Shown in pieces: positions 48,054 through 57,132 of a stretch of 64,000 bases of DNA (position 1 is the first letter of the stretch; the number at the start of each line of letters is the position of its first letter). This stretch comes from Patescibacteria group bacterium (lineage in GTDB: Bacteria; Patescibacteriota; Minisyncoccia; Phycocordibacterales; UBA2100): assembly GCA_038064835.1 (NCBI GenBank), contig JBBTSD010000007.1:4893-68892 (forward strand), given 5' to 3'. A program made the translations under genes and the position numbers. Below the pieces are notes generated by a model that was given only the letters and a program-made list of their open reading frames with translations, had not been told where the DNA came from and did no database searches.

Positions 48054-49532
48054 TCACGCGCCACTCAGAGTATCTTTGCCCGTGCGTTTCCGCACCATGT
48101 CACGATAGGTAAAGCGGAGCTGGTTTGCAAAAGCGTCACCATCACCAATCGAGACCCGAGTGCGTGTCGCGACACGCGTCACCATGTCTTCCTGTTCTAC
48201 TGAAGTTGCAAATATCTGATCAGCACTTCGTAGTATTTTTTGCAATACCATCCACGCAAACACCGGCCTTGGCGAGTGAAACTCCTGGTCGGCAAGCGTA
48301 ACAATCATGGGAACTTTCTTTCTTTTTTTCAGAAGGAGTGCGGCGAGCGATGCATAACTTGCCATCAAAGACCACACAAAAAGATACTGATTTTTTTGCA
48401 CCAAATCTCGAGCCTTAAGGTATCCAAAAATAGGGAGCAAGAATTTATCAAGCCGATACCCAAGGCCTACATAATGAACAGTTGCATTCGCGACCGGACA
48501 GAAATCTTTTCCTTCCAGGCGCGCATACCGTGCAGTAACAATATCAAAATGGATTGATGGCATAGCCCTCATCAGATCGCACAGCGCTTCTTCCGCAGGG
48601 CCCGCAACAGGATAGAAAGTAGTACTGATCACCAACACCCGTTTCTCCGATGGCCGTTCGCTTCTACGCCCCTGTACATACTCATGAAGCTCGTCCTCTA
48701 GCGTTGTTTTTGCTCGCCACCCAAGTGTCCTACTTTTGTCCACGGTAAGTGCGGATGTCATCCGGTTTCCCTGTCGTTCAGGAAGCATTACAATGTCGGT
48801 CCCGAAAAGACGCGCCACTTCAAGCACTGAAAAAGATTTTTCGTTACCCAAACCATATTCGTCTCCTTCTCCCTTCTCGCCCACAACAATAAGCCCATCG
48901 ACAATATCATCTACATGGGTGAAATTCCTTAGTTGCGTTCCCGGTGCGACCACAGTGAGCGGCTGCCCGCTTGCATACTGTTGCCGAAATATTTCAATGA
49001 CAGTCCCGTATGCTCCAGCACGTTCGCCCGGACCAAACACATTATAGAAATAGGTGATTGCATAGGGAAGGTTGTACCAGGACGCATAGTTTTTTACCAA
49101 CTCAGTATTTGACGCCTTACTCCACGCGTAAGGAGATGCGTCGCGCGCAAGACCACCGTCGCCAAATTTTGTGCTCGACCCGGCATAGACCAACTTGCAC
49201 CTTCGGTTGCGCCAGAATTCAAGAACGCCACTGGTGCCATGTGTATTCAAATCAAAAACCACTTCTGGTTCTTCAACACTCTTCTCTACGCGCGAATACT
49301 CGCCCAAGTGATATATCAGATCGACATTTCGTTCAGGTATCACTGTACCAATATCTTTTGTATGCCCTTCTCGATATGCAACACCTTCTATATGATTGCT
49401 TTTTGATCCAGTGAAATAATTGTCGAGCGAGATTACCTGGTGGCCACTTGCCACCAGTCGGCGGCAAAGATGTGTGCCGATAAATCCGGCACCTCCGGTG
49501 ACAATCACTACTTTTTTTATCTGCTTGTCCAT
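48054..49532 (-). CDS. NAD-dependent epimerase (HldD-like) fused to a lone GT4 N-terminal domain
   Basis: TGGAGFIG, SPYAWSK, RNFTHVDD; last ~195 aa resemble the N-half of the adjacent GT4. Confidence 0.8.
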   Translation of the reverse strand: MDKQIKKVVIVTGGAGFIGTHLCRRLVASGHQVISLDNYFTGSKSNHIEGVAYREGHTKDIGTVIPERNVDLIYHLGEYSRVEKSVEEPEVVFDLNTHGTSGVLEFWRNRRCKLVYAGSSTKFGDGGLARDASPYAWSKASNTELVKNYASWYNLPYAITYFYNVFGPGERAGAYGTVIEIFRQQYASGQPLTVVAPGTQLRNFTHVDDIVDGLIVVGEKGEGDEYGLGNEKSFSVLEVARLFGTDIVMLPERQGNRMTSALTVDKSRTLGWRAKTTLEDELHEYVQGRRSERPSEKRVLVISTTFYPVAGPAEEALCDLMRAMPSIHFDIVTARYARLEGKDFCPVANATVHYVGLGYRLDKFLLPIFGYLKARDLVQKNQYLFVWSLMASYASLAALLLKKRKKVPMIVTLADQEFHSPRPVFAWMVLQKILRSADQIFATSVEQEDMVTRVATRTRVSIGDGDAFANQLRFTYRDMVRKRTGKDTLSGA

Positions 49533-49621
49533 AGTGCCACCCTACTACAGAAGGACATTGTTTTCAACAATAATCAAGTGCCTTTCAACGCTGCTTCCAA
49601 GGGCTCTTTGGGGCTAGGCCT

Positions 49622-51052
49622 TTAATTTGCTCCAGGAAGACCATGAGACGCCTCTACAGCCTCTTGTTGTGTAAACCAAGCTCCAGTTGCTCCGACAGCC
49701 AAAAGCACTCCTAGCGCGAGGAACCAGCCAAAATCGCTACGACTAGTCTTCCCTGCAGGAAGTGCCGCGGTCACCGCAGCAACCTGATCCTCCAACTCTT
49801 CGTCACCCACTTCTTCTACATGGCTATCGTATGCAGGTACAATCATTTCTTTTACAGCAGGAATCACACTACTTACTTTTTGTATGGGCATTATCCGCAT
49901 CGGATCCGCCGACATTGCCTGTGTCTGTGTAATGCCCGGAACCTCAGTTGCAACTATCCCATTAGGATATAGAAGGAGCACTGTCGGCGTGGCAGTAAAA
50001 AGCATGGTACGAGGAGAAATGGTCATAACACCATGTGCAAAAAGTATGGTGTTTTTTGGGAACGAAAAATGTCGAGACCCTTCACGGACATGCCAGTACG
50101 ACAGATCAATCTCTCGTATAGTGCCGTTGTGAATCGTCACACTGCCATCAGCAAGAGTCCCCAAGGTAAGGCGTGCTGGTTCAGCTGTGATAGTAATGCG
50201 ATGCGCGGCTGCATCGATTCCTTCAGATACATCCAAAACAACCGCATACTTTCCAGGGTGAGCGAAGCCATGCGAAGCAGTGCGACCCTCTGCGGTACTT
50301 CCGTCTCCAAAATTCCATAAGAAACGCGCTCGCGGCGCATCGATAGGTTCGCCACTTGCAGAAAATACTCGACCTTCAAAGAGCATATCCGCACCTACAA
50401 CTGCAACCCTGTCCTTTCCTGCATACGCCGCTATTCGTGGCTCGACATGATAGCCAAGCACCGATGGTGTCGTGGCGCTCTCGGCAGGTACATGCGTCTC
50501 GTCATCTTCCATATCTATTGCCGATGCCAAGGCGGCAGATGCGATTAGCAATCCAGATCCAGGTGTCGGCGAAAGTGCCTGCACAGATGTAGAACCCGCG
50601 CTCTGCCGGTGAAGTGACTTTCCGTCTCCTGCCCCGCCGTCGTCACTACCATACCTAAGAGTATCTTTGTCTACCAAATCAATATTCCTCAACACCAGCG
50701 TCTCTCCGGAATTGGTAAGGCTGAATGTACTATCGAGAAGCATTCCTGCATACTCTGGCCAATCAATAATGAACTTCGTTGCATTATCAGCGATGATTGC
50801 ATAGCCACCACTTGGGATATTGACGCCACCCTGCACTTCGGTCAGCTTATGATTTGTCTCCGCTTCAAAAAGCTTCCAATCACTGAGGGTTACAGCGCTT
50901 GCCCCTGCATTAAAAACCTCGACCCATTCCCGACCAGTATCTCCCCCTTCAGCAAGGTCATACATGATCTCGCTGATAACTACCTGTGCATCGGCCACAC
51001 ATGGCAGGGAAATGAAGCTAAGTACGCACAGTGTAAGGGCCTTCATTTTCAT
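49622..51052 (-). CDS. Secreted, C-terminally anchored lamin-tail + PKD domain protein
   Basis: Signal peptide, VVISEIMYD..EWVEVFN..LSDWKL, LTNSGE, WNFGDG..H.FAHPGKY, C-terminal TM. Confidence 0.85.
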   Translation of the reverse strand: MKMKALTLCVLSFISLPCVADAQVVISEIMYDLAEGGDTGREWVEVFNAGASAVTLSDWKLFEAETNHKLTEVQGGVNIPSGGYAIIADNATKFIIDWPEYAGMLLDSTFSLTNSGETLVLRNIDLVDKDTLRYGSDDGGAGDGKSLHRQSAGSTSVQALSPTPGSGLLIASAALASAIDMEDDETHVPAESATTPSVLGYHVEPRIAAYAGKDRVAVVGADMLFEGRVFSASGEPIDAPRARFLWNFGDGSTAEGRTASHGFAHPGKYAVVLDVSEGIDAAAHRITITAEPARLTLGTLADGSVTIHNGTIREIDLSYWHVREGSRHFSFPKNTILFAHGVMTISPRTMLFTATPTVLLLYPNGIVATEVPGITQTQAMSADPMRIMPIQKVSSVIPAVKEMIVPAYDSHVEEVGDEELEDQVAAVTAALPAGKTSRSDFGWFLALGVLLAVGATGAWFTQQEAVEASHGLPGAN

Positions 51053-53024
51053 CGCCGTAGAGTAGCTTACGGAGTTCATTCGGGTCAACAGAATCATCCC
51101 TTGACTCGTCCTTTTTCTGTTGCTGTACGGGCGCTGATGGATTCGGCGTGGGATCCACGACCGAAGGTTGAGGTGTCTTTGGTGGTGGGGGTACAGCATA
51201 ATCTGCAGCCGGTTTCGTTGGTGCTTGCTGTTGCGGTTGCTGAGGTGGTCGCACTGGCTGAGAAGTGCCCGAAGCAGGATTAGCGCGTGCCGACGCAATT
51301 GCGGCCTTCAGCGCGTCACGAGCACTGTTTGGTCCGCTTTCATGTTGTGGTCGAGACCTCTGCTGTGGTTGTACAGGTGTTGGCCGGCTGCTTCGCAGGA
51401 CTTCGGCAGGACTTCTTTGTGGGGGAGGTGTTGGGCGTTGTTGTGGCACAGATATCCGACGATCTTCCGTTGGTTTTTCAGCGCGGCGAGGCAACTCCCC
51501 ATTCAATACTTTTACTGGAGCAGGAGTTTCCGGAACAGCTTCTTTTTTAATTAAAGGTACAACGACCTGTGCAACCATAGGAGGTGTCGGAGCAATTACC
51601 TGTGGTTGCACAGGAGCTTCCGTGCGAGGCCTGCTCCCATATGCGCTTGGTGTTGATACGGCACCTCCGCTTTTTTGACCTTTCGCACTGTCGTTTTTAT
51701 GCTTATCTTTCGCGGCGCTCTGCCATTTTTCCCCTGCCTCAGTCACTGTCTTTTCGACCTCTGCACGCGCCTTACCATAATGTGTGCGTGTATGTGCGAT
51801 AATTTCTTCAGCAAATGAACGACTAGGCTCTTCGACTGGTGGTAGAGTTTGAGCAGAAAAAGGCGCGGTTCCTACCCCGTCTATCATTAAGGTGAGATAT
51901 ATCTCTCCTCGCCCGAGACCCACCATATCTTCAGGTAGAAATGTAGGCCCGAATACCGGTTCCAAAAACTGCGCGTCCATGGGGCCCACGCGAAATATAA
52001 TAGTGGTGCCCACATTGCCAAATACCGCATTACGCACCTCTTCTGGCATCTGTTCGATGTATTGGTTGGCAATCGTTAGACACAACTTGTATTTACGAGA
52101 CTCTGAAAGAATGTTTTCAAATGCTCGGCTAACGACATTTTGAAACTCGTCGACATACAGTTTGCACGGTGGAAGTTTCGCGAGGACAGGCGCAGGCTCT
52201 TCTGCACGAGTGAGCGCGGCAAGATACACTTTGATGACTAGCATACTCCCCAAGAGCGCGGCATTCGATTCACCCATGCGCCCTTTCGAGAGATTGATGA
52301 TCACAACTTTTCGCTCGTCCATCATTTTACGAATATCGAAAGTGGATTTTGGTTGTCCTAGAATATTTCTAATCAATGGATTTGAAACAAATTGTCCGAT
52401 TTTGTTTTGGATAGCAGGTGTCGCGTCTTGTGTGTATTTGTCTGAATATCCGGCAAACTCTTCTTTCCAAAACATGCCTACCACAGGGTCGGTAATGTGT
52501 TTGATTACATCTTCACGGAACGCCTTGTTCACCAGCATACGATTCACATCAATAATTGTCGCATCGGGATATTCAAGAAGTGCAAAAAGAGTGTTTTGCA
52601 AAATATACTGCATGCGGGCGCTCCACGCATCAGCCCAAATGCGCTCGAACACACCCATGAGTCCGGCGACAACCTTGTGGCGATTGTCGTATCCGACATC
52701 CTCAAGAATATTAAATCCGACGGGAAATTCCGTATCAAATGGAGCTAGGTACAGTACATCTTTGACTCGGTCTTGGGGCACAAAGTTAAGAAGTTTTTCA
52801 GCAGTTGAGCCGTGGGGGTCAATAAATATCATTCCTTCTCCGTTTTGGATGTCCTGGATTGCCATATTTTCAAGCAATGTGGACTTTCCCATACCACTCT
52901 TCCCGATCACATACATGTGTTTGTCGCGGTCTTTCTCACGAATACCAAAGGCCACATTTTTACCGCGTGTATGAGTCGCCCCGAGAAAGGTTATACGATT
53001 ACCGTCTGAGTTCCACGGCGCCAT
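51018..53024 (-). CDS. TraD/VirD4 (HerA-FtsK superfamily) coupling-like ATPase with Pro-rich tail
   Basis: HMYVIGKSGMGKST, IDPHG, LYVDEFQN, ESRKY, ANQY. Confidence 0.88.
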   Translation of the reverse strand: MAPWNSDGNRITFLGATHTRGKNVAFGIREKDRDKHMYVIGKSGMGKSTLLENMAIQDIQNGEGMIFIDPHGSTAEKLLNFVPQDRVKDVLYLAPFDTEFPVGFNILEDVGYDNRHKVVAGLMGVFERIWADAWSARMQYILQNTLFALLEYPDATIIDVNRMLVNKAFREDVIKHITDPVVGMFWKEEFAGYSDKYTQDATPAIQNKIGQFVSNPLIRNILGQPKSTFDIRKMMDERKVVIINLSKGRMGESNAALLGSMLVIKVYLAALTRAEEPAPVLAKLPPCKLYVDEFQNVVSRAFENILSESRKYKLCLTIANQYIEQMPEEVRNAVFGNVGTTIIFRVGPMDAQFLEPVFGPTFLPEDMVGLGRGEIYLTLMIDGVGTAPFSAQTLPPVEEPSRSFAEEIIAHTRTHYGKARAEVEKTVTEAGEKWQSAAKDKHKNDSAKGQKSGGAVSTPSAYGSRPRTEAPVQPQVIAPTPPMVAQVVVPLIKKEAVPETPAPVKVLNGELPRRAEKPTEDRRISVPQQRPTPPPQRSPAEVLRSSRPTPVQPQQRSRPQHESGPNSARDALKAAIASARANPASGTSQPVRPPQQPQQQAPTKPAADYAVPPPPKTPQPSVVDPTPNPSAPVQQQKKDESRDDSVDPNELRKLLYGDENEGPYTVRT

Positions 53025-53063
53025 AGCACCAGTATATCGTAAAACGATGAAGGTTATTAGGGT

Positions 53064-54272
53064 CTATTCAGGGAGAAGCGCGTCTTTGGTGTATCGATTT
53101 GATGGATCCCACAACATCCACGAGGTAAGCCCGATATCATAGGTGGCTTGTATCTGATCCCGCACTTCCTTGGGCCCATAATTTCCTCCGTAGTCGAAAT
53201 CTTGAAGCCACGGACGCATGATGTAGCGAGAATATGGCTTCTTTGCATACACTGCCGGTGTGGTTGTGCCAATTCGTTCCGTTTTAAACCCTGCGACGGG
53301 CGTAGTGGTTGCCTCGGCTCGCTCCACCGCCCGACGCATCGAGTGCTCGATAACACCGTACACATGCTGATTGGGGTTGTCCCAGCCATTAAATTTTCGC
53401 GGATAGTGCGATGGATAGACCATGGGCGCAATGTAATCAAAATACGGCATCGTGCGCTCAAGCACCTGACCGATATTTAGGTCGTCAGTATTTGTTGTTG
53501 TCATGCCAAATAAATCAGCCGAAATGATGGGCCTATGTCCATCAACCTCAATTTTCATGGCCGCATTAAGGTGAGAGAAAAAACGCTCAAGATTATCAGC
53601 GTGAGAACCTTTGGTGTGAGTGAAATTGATATTATCCATCGGTCCGTCTGATGGATAGCGAATGTAGTCGAAATTTATTTCATCAACACCCAACCCATGG
53701 GCTTCGCGTGCTATAGCTTCGATGTATTCCCAAAAGGGCGCTGCACCGACATCAACAAACGCAAGACCTTTGTTGTCACGCCAGGTAGTGCCGTCGGTTG
53801 CCTTTTTTACTGCCCGGTCTGGGTACACTGATGTGTACAGAGGGTCTTGGAAAACGGTCAGGCGTCCAATTACATATATGTCGTGTTCGTGCATGCGTTT
53901 GACTACTTCACGAAAGTCGGGGACGGTACATCCTTTCCCACCGGAAAGTGCCACTTTCGAAGGAAACGATGTGGTTCCCGTGTAATCTTTTATGTCGACA
54001 ATGACTGCATTTATCTCAGTCGTGTCGGCTAAGCCAATAATTGACGCACGAAATGACTCGGAGGAAGCGGCACATTGTGACATGTAAATGGCCTTTACTG
54101 CATGGGGAGTTTCGCGATGTTCGACAGGTGGTGGGAGTGCTTCGACGGTGCTAGACGCAATTTCGTGCGAATACGAAACCGTCGGGGTGGAAAGTGCGGT
54201 TGGCCCCAAGGCAAACGATGTGATTCCTAATGCACCTAACAGCGCAACTCCGAGACTAATACCACGAATCAT
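53064..54272 (-). CDS. Putative glycoside hydrolase (DUF4015-like), membrane-anchored
   Basis: VKAIYM, NAVIVDIKD, FDYIRYPSDG, PMVYPSHY, RPWLQDF, WMLWDPSNRY. Confidence 0.8.
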   Translation of the reverse strand: MIRGISLGVALLGALGITSFALGPTALSTPTVSYSHEIASSTVEALPPPVEHRETPHAVKAIYMSQCAASSESFRASIIGLADTTEINAVIVDIKDYTGTTSFPSKVALSGGKGCTVPDFREVVKRMHEHDIYVIGRLTVFQDPLYTSVYPDRAVKKATDGTTWRDNKGLAFVDVGAAPFWEYIEAIAREAHGLGVDEINFDYIRYPSDGPMDNINFTHTKGSHADNLERFFSHLNAAMKIEVDGHRPIISADLFGMTTTNTDDLNIGQVLERTMPYFDYIAPMVYPSHYPRKFNGWDNPNQHVYGVIEHSMRRAVERAEATTTPVAGFKTERIGTTTPAVYAKKPYSRYIMRPWLQDFDYGGNYGPKEVRDQIQATYDIGLTSWMLWDPSNRYTKDALLPE

Positions 54273-54484
54273 GCGTGTTGCTCGGTACTTCCTGAAGATT
54301 CTGAACGCCGAAACACAGGAAAGGACGCACGAGGCCGATTACCTCGTCGCACCGCAATACCCAGTGCGATGGTGAGTACCCCAGCAACCAGCAAGATTAT
54401 TGTATCCCAGGTACTGGGGAAACCCATAAAAGGCACAAGCATAGTGAAAGCGCCGAGGAACATAATCAAAACATCCTTTTTCAT
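54269..54484 (-). CDS. Small 2-TM membrane protein
   Basis: TATACT-N6-ATG, PFMGFPSTWD helical hairpin, stop overlaps the next ATG. Confidence 0.75.
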   Translation of the reverse strand: MKKDVLIMFLGAFTMLVPFMGFPSTWDTIILLVAGVLTIALGIAVRRGNRPRASFPVFRRSESSGSTEQHA

Positions 54485-54540
54485 GCGTGCAGTATATACC
54501 GTTTTTTATACGAGTAAAAAACTCACATGGGATAGGTGGC

Positions 54541-54565
54541 AAAAAAAGCCGCCCGGAGGGCGGCT
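54541..54565 (-). terminator. Intrinsic terminator
   Basis: Minus strand AGCCGCCC-tcc-GGGCGGCT-TTTTTT. Confidence 0.85.
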
Positions 54566-54567
54566 GA

Positions 54568-54765
54568 TCACTTGGTGAATCGCCCATGGAGGGCAACCCC
54601 TCCTAAAAGAGCAACTCCTAGCACGATAATACTTGCCGGGTGCAAACTTGCTAAGCGGTCTACCAATGAACCTGGAAAAGCACCTAGAAAAACAAGTGCG
54701 GTCATAATCAAGCCCAAAAGTGCACTGCCCCACACTACAGACAAAAGCCAGTCGCGGAGACTCAT
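54568..54765 (-). CDS. Small 2-TM membrane protein
   Basis: AAGGA SD, two hydrophobic helices, terminator right after the stop. Confidence 0.6.
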   Translation of the reverse strand: MSLRDWLLSVVWGSALLGLIMTALVFLGAFPGSLVDRLASLHPASIIVLGVALLGGVALHGRFTK

Positions 54766-54813
54766 GGGATTTCCTTCCCGAAACAGAACTCTCCCGACTA
54801 TACAGCGAAAAAA

Positions 54814-55485
54814 CTACTCTGCCAGTATCACGACAAATTCCCCTTTCATTTTTGCAGGTTGGGCCTCAAAGATTGCCAAAATATCTTGCGGGGTACCACT
54901 CATAACCGCTTCGTGAATTTTGGTTAGTTCCTTCGCCACAGTGACTTTGCGCCCCGGGGCATACACTACAAGCTCATTCATCAATTTCTTTATGCGATGA
55001 GTTGATTCAAAAAGGACGCACACACCAGCTTCTGCAATATGTTTAAGGGCTGTCTGTCGGCCCTTTTTATGTGGTAAGAACCCGAGAAATTCAAAAGAAT
55101 CTGCAGAAATACCCGCAACAGAAAGCGCTGCCGTGAGCGACGATGGTCCTGGTATCGCCTCCACTGATACCCCCACGCTCTGCGCCCGAGCAACAAGACG
55201 ACTCCCGGGATCGGAAATACCTGGCGTACCAGCATCGCTTACTAACGCATACCGCTTTCCTTCCGCAATCTGGGCTATGATATCATCCGCTCGCTCTGCC
55301 TCGCGATGCGCGTCAAGCCTCTCGACCGGCGTGGTAATTTCATAATGCTGTAAGAGTTTTTTAGTCACCCGCGTATCTTCCGCAAGAATTACATCAACTT
55401 CTTTAAGAATACGTAGGGCACGCAGGGTTATATCCTCCAAATTTCCAATAGGAGTGGCTACCACAAAGAGAGCTCCTTGTTGCAT
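54814..55485 (-). CDS. rsmI: 16S rRNA C1402 2'-O-methyltransferase
   Basis: VATPIGNLEDIT, AEDTR, SDAGTPGISDPG, GFLP, ELTKIHE, KGEFV. Confidence 0.96.
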   Translation of the reverse strand: MQQGALFVVATPIGNLEDITLRALRILKEVDVILAEDTRVTKKLLQHYEITTPVERLDAHREAERADDIIAQIAEGKRYALVSDAGTPGISDPGSRLVARAQSVGVSVEAIPGPSSLTAALSVAGISADSFEFLGFLPHKKGRQTALKHIAEAGVCVLFESTHRIKKLMNELVVYAPGRKVTVAKELTKIHEAVMSGTPQDILAIFEAQPAKMKGEFVVILAE

Positions 55486-55536
55486 AGAAACAACATTTTG
55501 CTACACTTTTCTTAGTTGTGCAAATGGAGCAATCCG

Positions 55537-55743
55537 ATGATACTGGCATGGATCTATTGGTTTCTTTTTTTACTGTGTGGCATCGCACTTGCAAGTGTCG
55601 GAGTATTCTTTCTTTGGACAGCTTTTACAACCGAGCTGTCGAATTTGTGCATACCTTTTGGCATCCCTATTCTTGGTGTCATTCTCTTTTTACCGGGATT
55701 CTTGCTTGCGTTGCTTTGTTTGATAGGTCTCTATCGCAGATAA
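55537..55743 (+). CDS. Small 2-TM membrane protein
   Basis: GGAG 7 nt upstream, two hydrophobic helices, terminator AAGCGGTC-att-GACCGCTT-TCTTT at 55768-55791. Confidence 0.6.
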   Translation: MILAWIYWFLFLLCGIALASVGVFFLWTAFTTELSNLCIPFGIPILGVILFLPGFLLALLCLIGLYRR

Positions 55744-55790
55744 TCCCCCAAGCATTCTAGAGAGCATAAGCGGTCATTGACCGCTTTCTT

Positions 55791-57086
55791 TTATTCATAC
55801 GCTTCGATATGCGCTCCCAGCTTCTTTAGTCGTTCGTGTAGTCGTTCGTACCCACGATTTATAGGATACACATTCCTCAGTGTCGATTCGCCTTCGGCGC
55901 CGAGCATGCCAATCAAAAGAGTCGTTGCAGGGCGAAGCGCAGGGGGCGCCTCTATGTCTGCAGAGCGAAACGATGTGGGACCATTTACAAAAACACGGTG
56001 TGGATCCGCAAGTACAATATCTGCACCAAGCTTGTTCATCTCGACATAATAAATCGCGCGGTTTTCGTACACCCAATCATGTATCAAGGTCCGCCCTGCC
56101 GCTTGTGTCGCAATAGGAACAAAGAAGGGCAAGTTATCAATGTTGAGTCCTGGATACGGCAATGGTGCAATTTTCTCGGGAATCGCAGTGAGCTTTGACG
56201 GTTTGATAGTCAGATCAACCAGTCGTGTCCATCCGTTTCCACCTATATACGACTTGCTCCGCGTGTACCGCAATCCCATTTTTGAAAGATAAAGTAGCTC
56301 GATTTCGAGGAAATCAATGGGGACACTTTTGATTGTAAGCGGGGCCTTCAATGTTGCCGCAAGCGCCAGGAAAAACATGGCTTCGATAGGATCCTCACTG
56401 GGCTGACCCACATGCTCTCCGTCTATCTTCTCAACCCCGTGAACCACCAGAGTTGTGGTACCAATTCCATCAATACGCACTCCGAGGCTTTCGAGAAAAA
56501 CGCACATGTCTTGCACCATGTAATTTGCCGATGCAAAACGAATCGTGGTAATGCCTGGAATCAATGCCGCCGCCATTACCGCCTGCTCGGTACCTGTATC
56601 ACTCGCTTCCCACATAACAATTTCGGCAACTCTCTTCTTTTCCGAACATACCCGCCACCCCTTGGCTGTTCCTTCTAAATTTATTCCTAAAGTATCGAGC
56701 GCATCAATATGCGCAGTAAGTGATCGGCTCCCTAGGTCACAGCCTCCAGGAACAGGGAGGAGAAAGTCGTCTGACCAATGCGAAAGAACTCCTGCCAACA
56801 TGATAATCGATCTGGTGCGACCTGCGGCAACCTCGTCCATCTCTTTCAATCTTAACTTCTTTGGTGGCGTCAGTATCACATCGCTATCTCGCCACGCGAC
56901 TTCAACTCCAATACTCACCAATACTTCGATAATCCGATTCACCTCTTCAATGCGAGGCATGCGCACCAAAGTTGTTTGTCCGCGGTTCAAAAGCGCGGCG
57001 CACAAGAGAGCTGTAGCAGCATTTTTTGATGTATTGGTGTCTATACTCCCCGCGAGTGGAGCCCCTCCTTTGATTGCATAATTCAC
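55791..57086 (-). CDS. murA: UDP-N-acetylglucosamine 1-carboxyvinyltransferase
   Basis: SKNAA, PGGCDLGSR (catalytic Cys), DPIEA, YENR, INRGYE. Confidence 0.95.
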   Translation of the reverse strand: MNYAIKGGAPLAGSIDTNTSKNAATALLCAALLNRGQTTLVRMPRIEEVNRIIEVLVSIGVEVAWRDSDVILTPPKKLRLKEMDEVAAGRTRSIIMLAGVLSHWSDDFLLPVPGGCDLGSRSLTAHIDALDTLGINLEGTAKGWRVCSEKKRVAEIVMWEASDTGTEQAVMAAALIPGITTIRFASANYMVQDMCVFLESLGVRIDGIGTTTLVVHGVEKIDGEHVGQPSEDPIEAMFFLALAATLKAPLTIKSVPIDFLEIELLYLSKMGLRYTRSKSYIGGNGWTRLVDLTIKPSKLTAIPEKIAPLPYPGLNIDNLPFFVPIATQAAGRTLIHDWVYENRAIYYVEMNKLGADIVLADPHRVFVNGPTSFRSADIEAPPALRPATTLLIGMLGAEGESTLRNVYPINRGYERLHERLKKLGAHIEAYE

Positions 57087-57132
57087 TTGCCTACCTTACC
57101 GCGAAGCCCGACGACTTCCAAATCCGATTTTA

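Noticed and set aside
52162-52974. 270-aa antisense ORF (and similar shadows, e.g. 3904-4584, 44237-44827)
   Set aside because: Shadow frames of well-supported genes with no motifs of their own
51018-53024. Conjugative element / ICE
   Set aside because: No relaxase, integrase, VirB4 or att repeats; flanked by chromosomal genes
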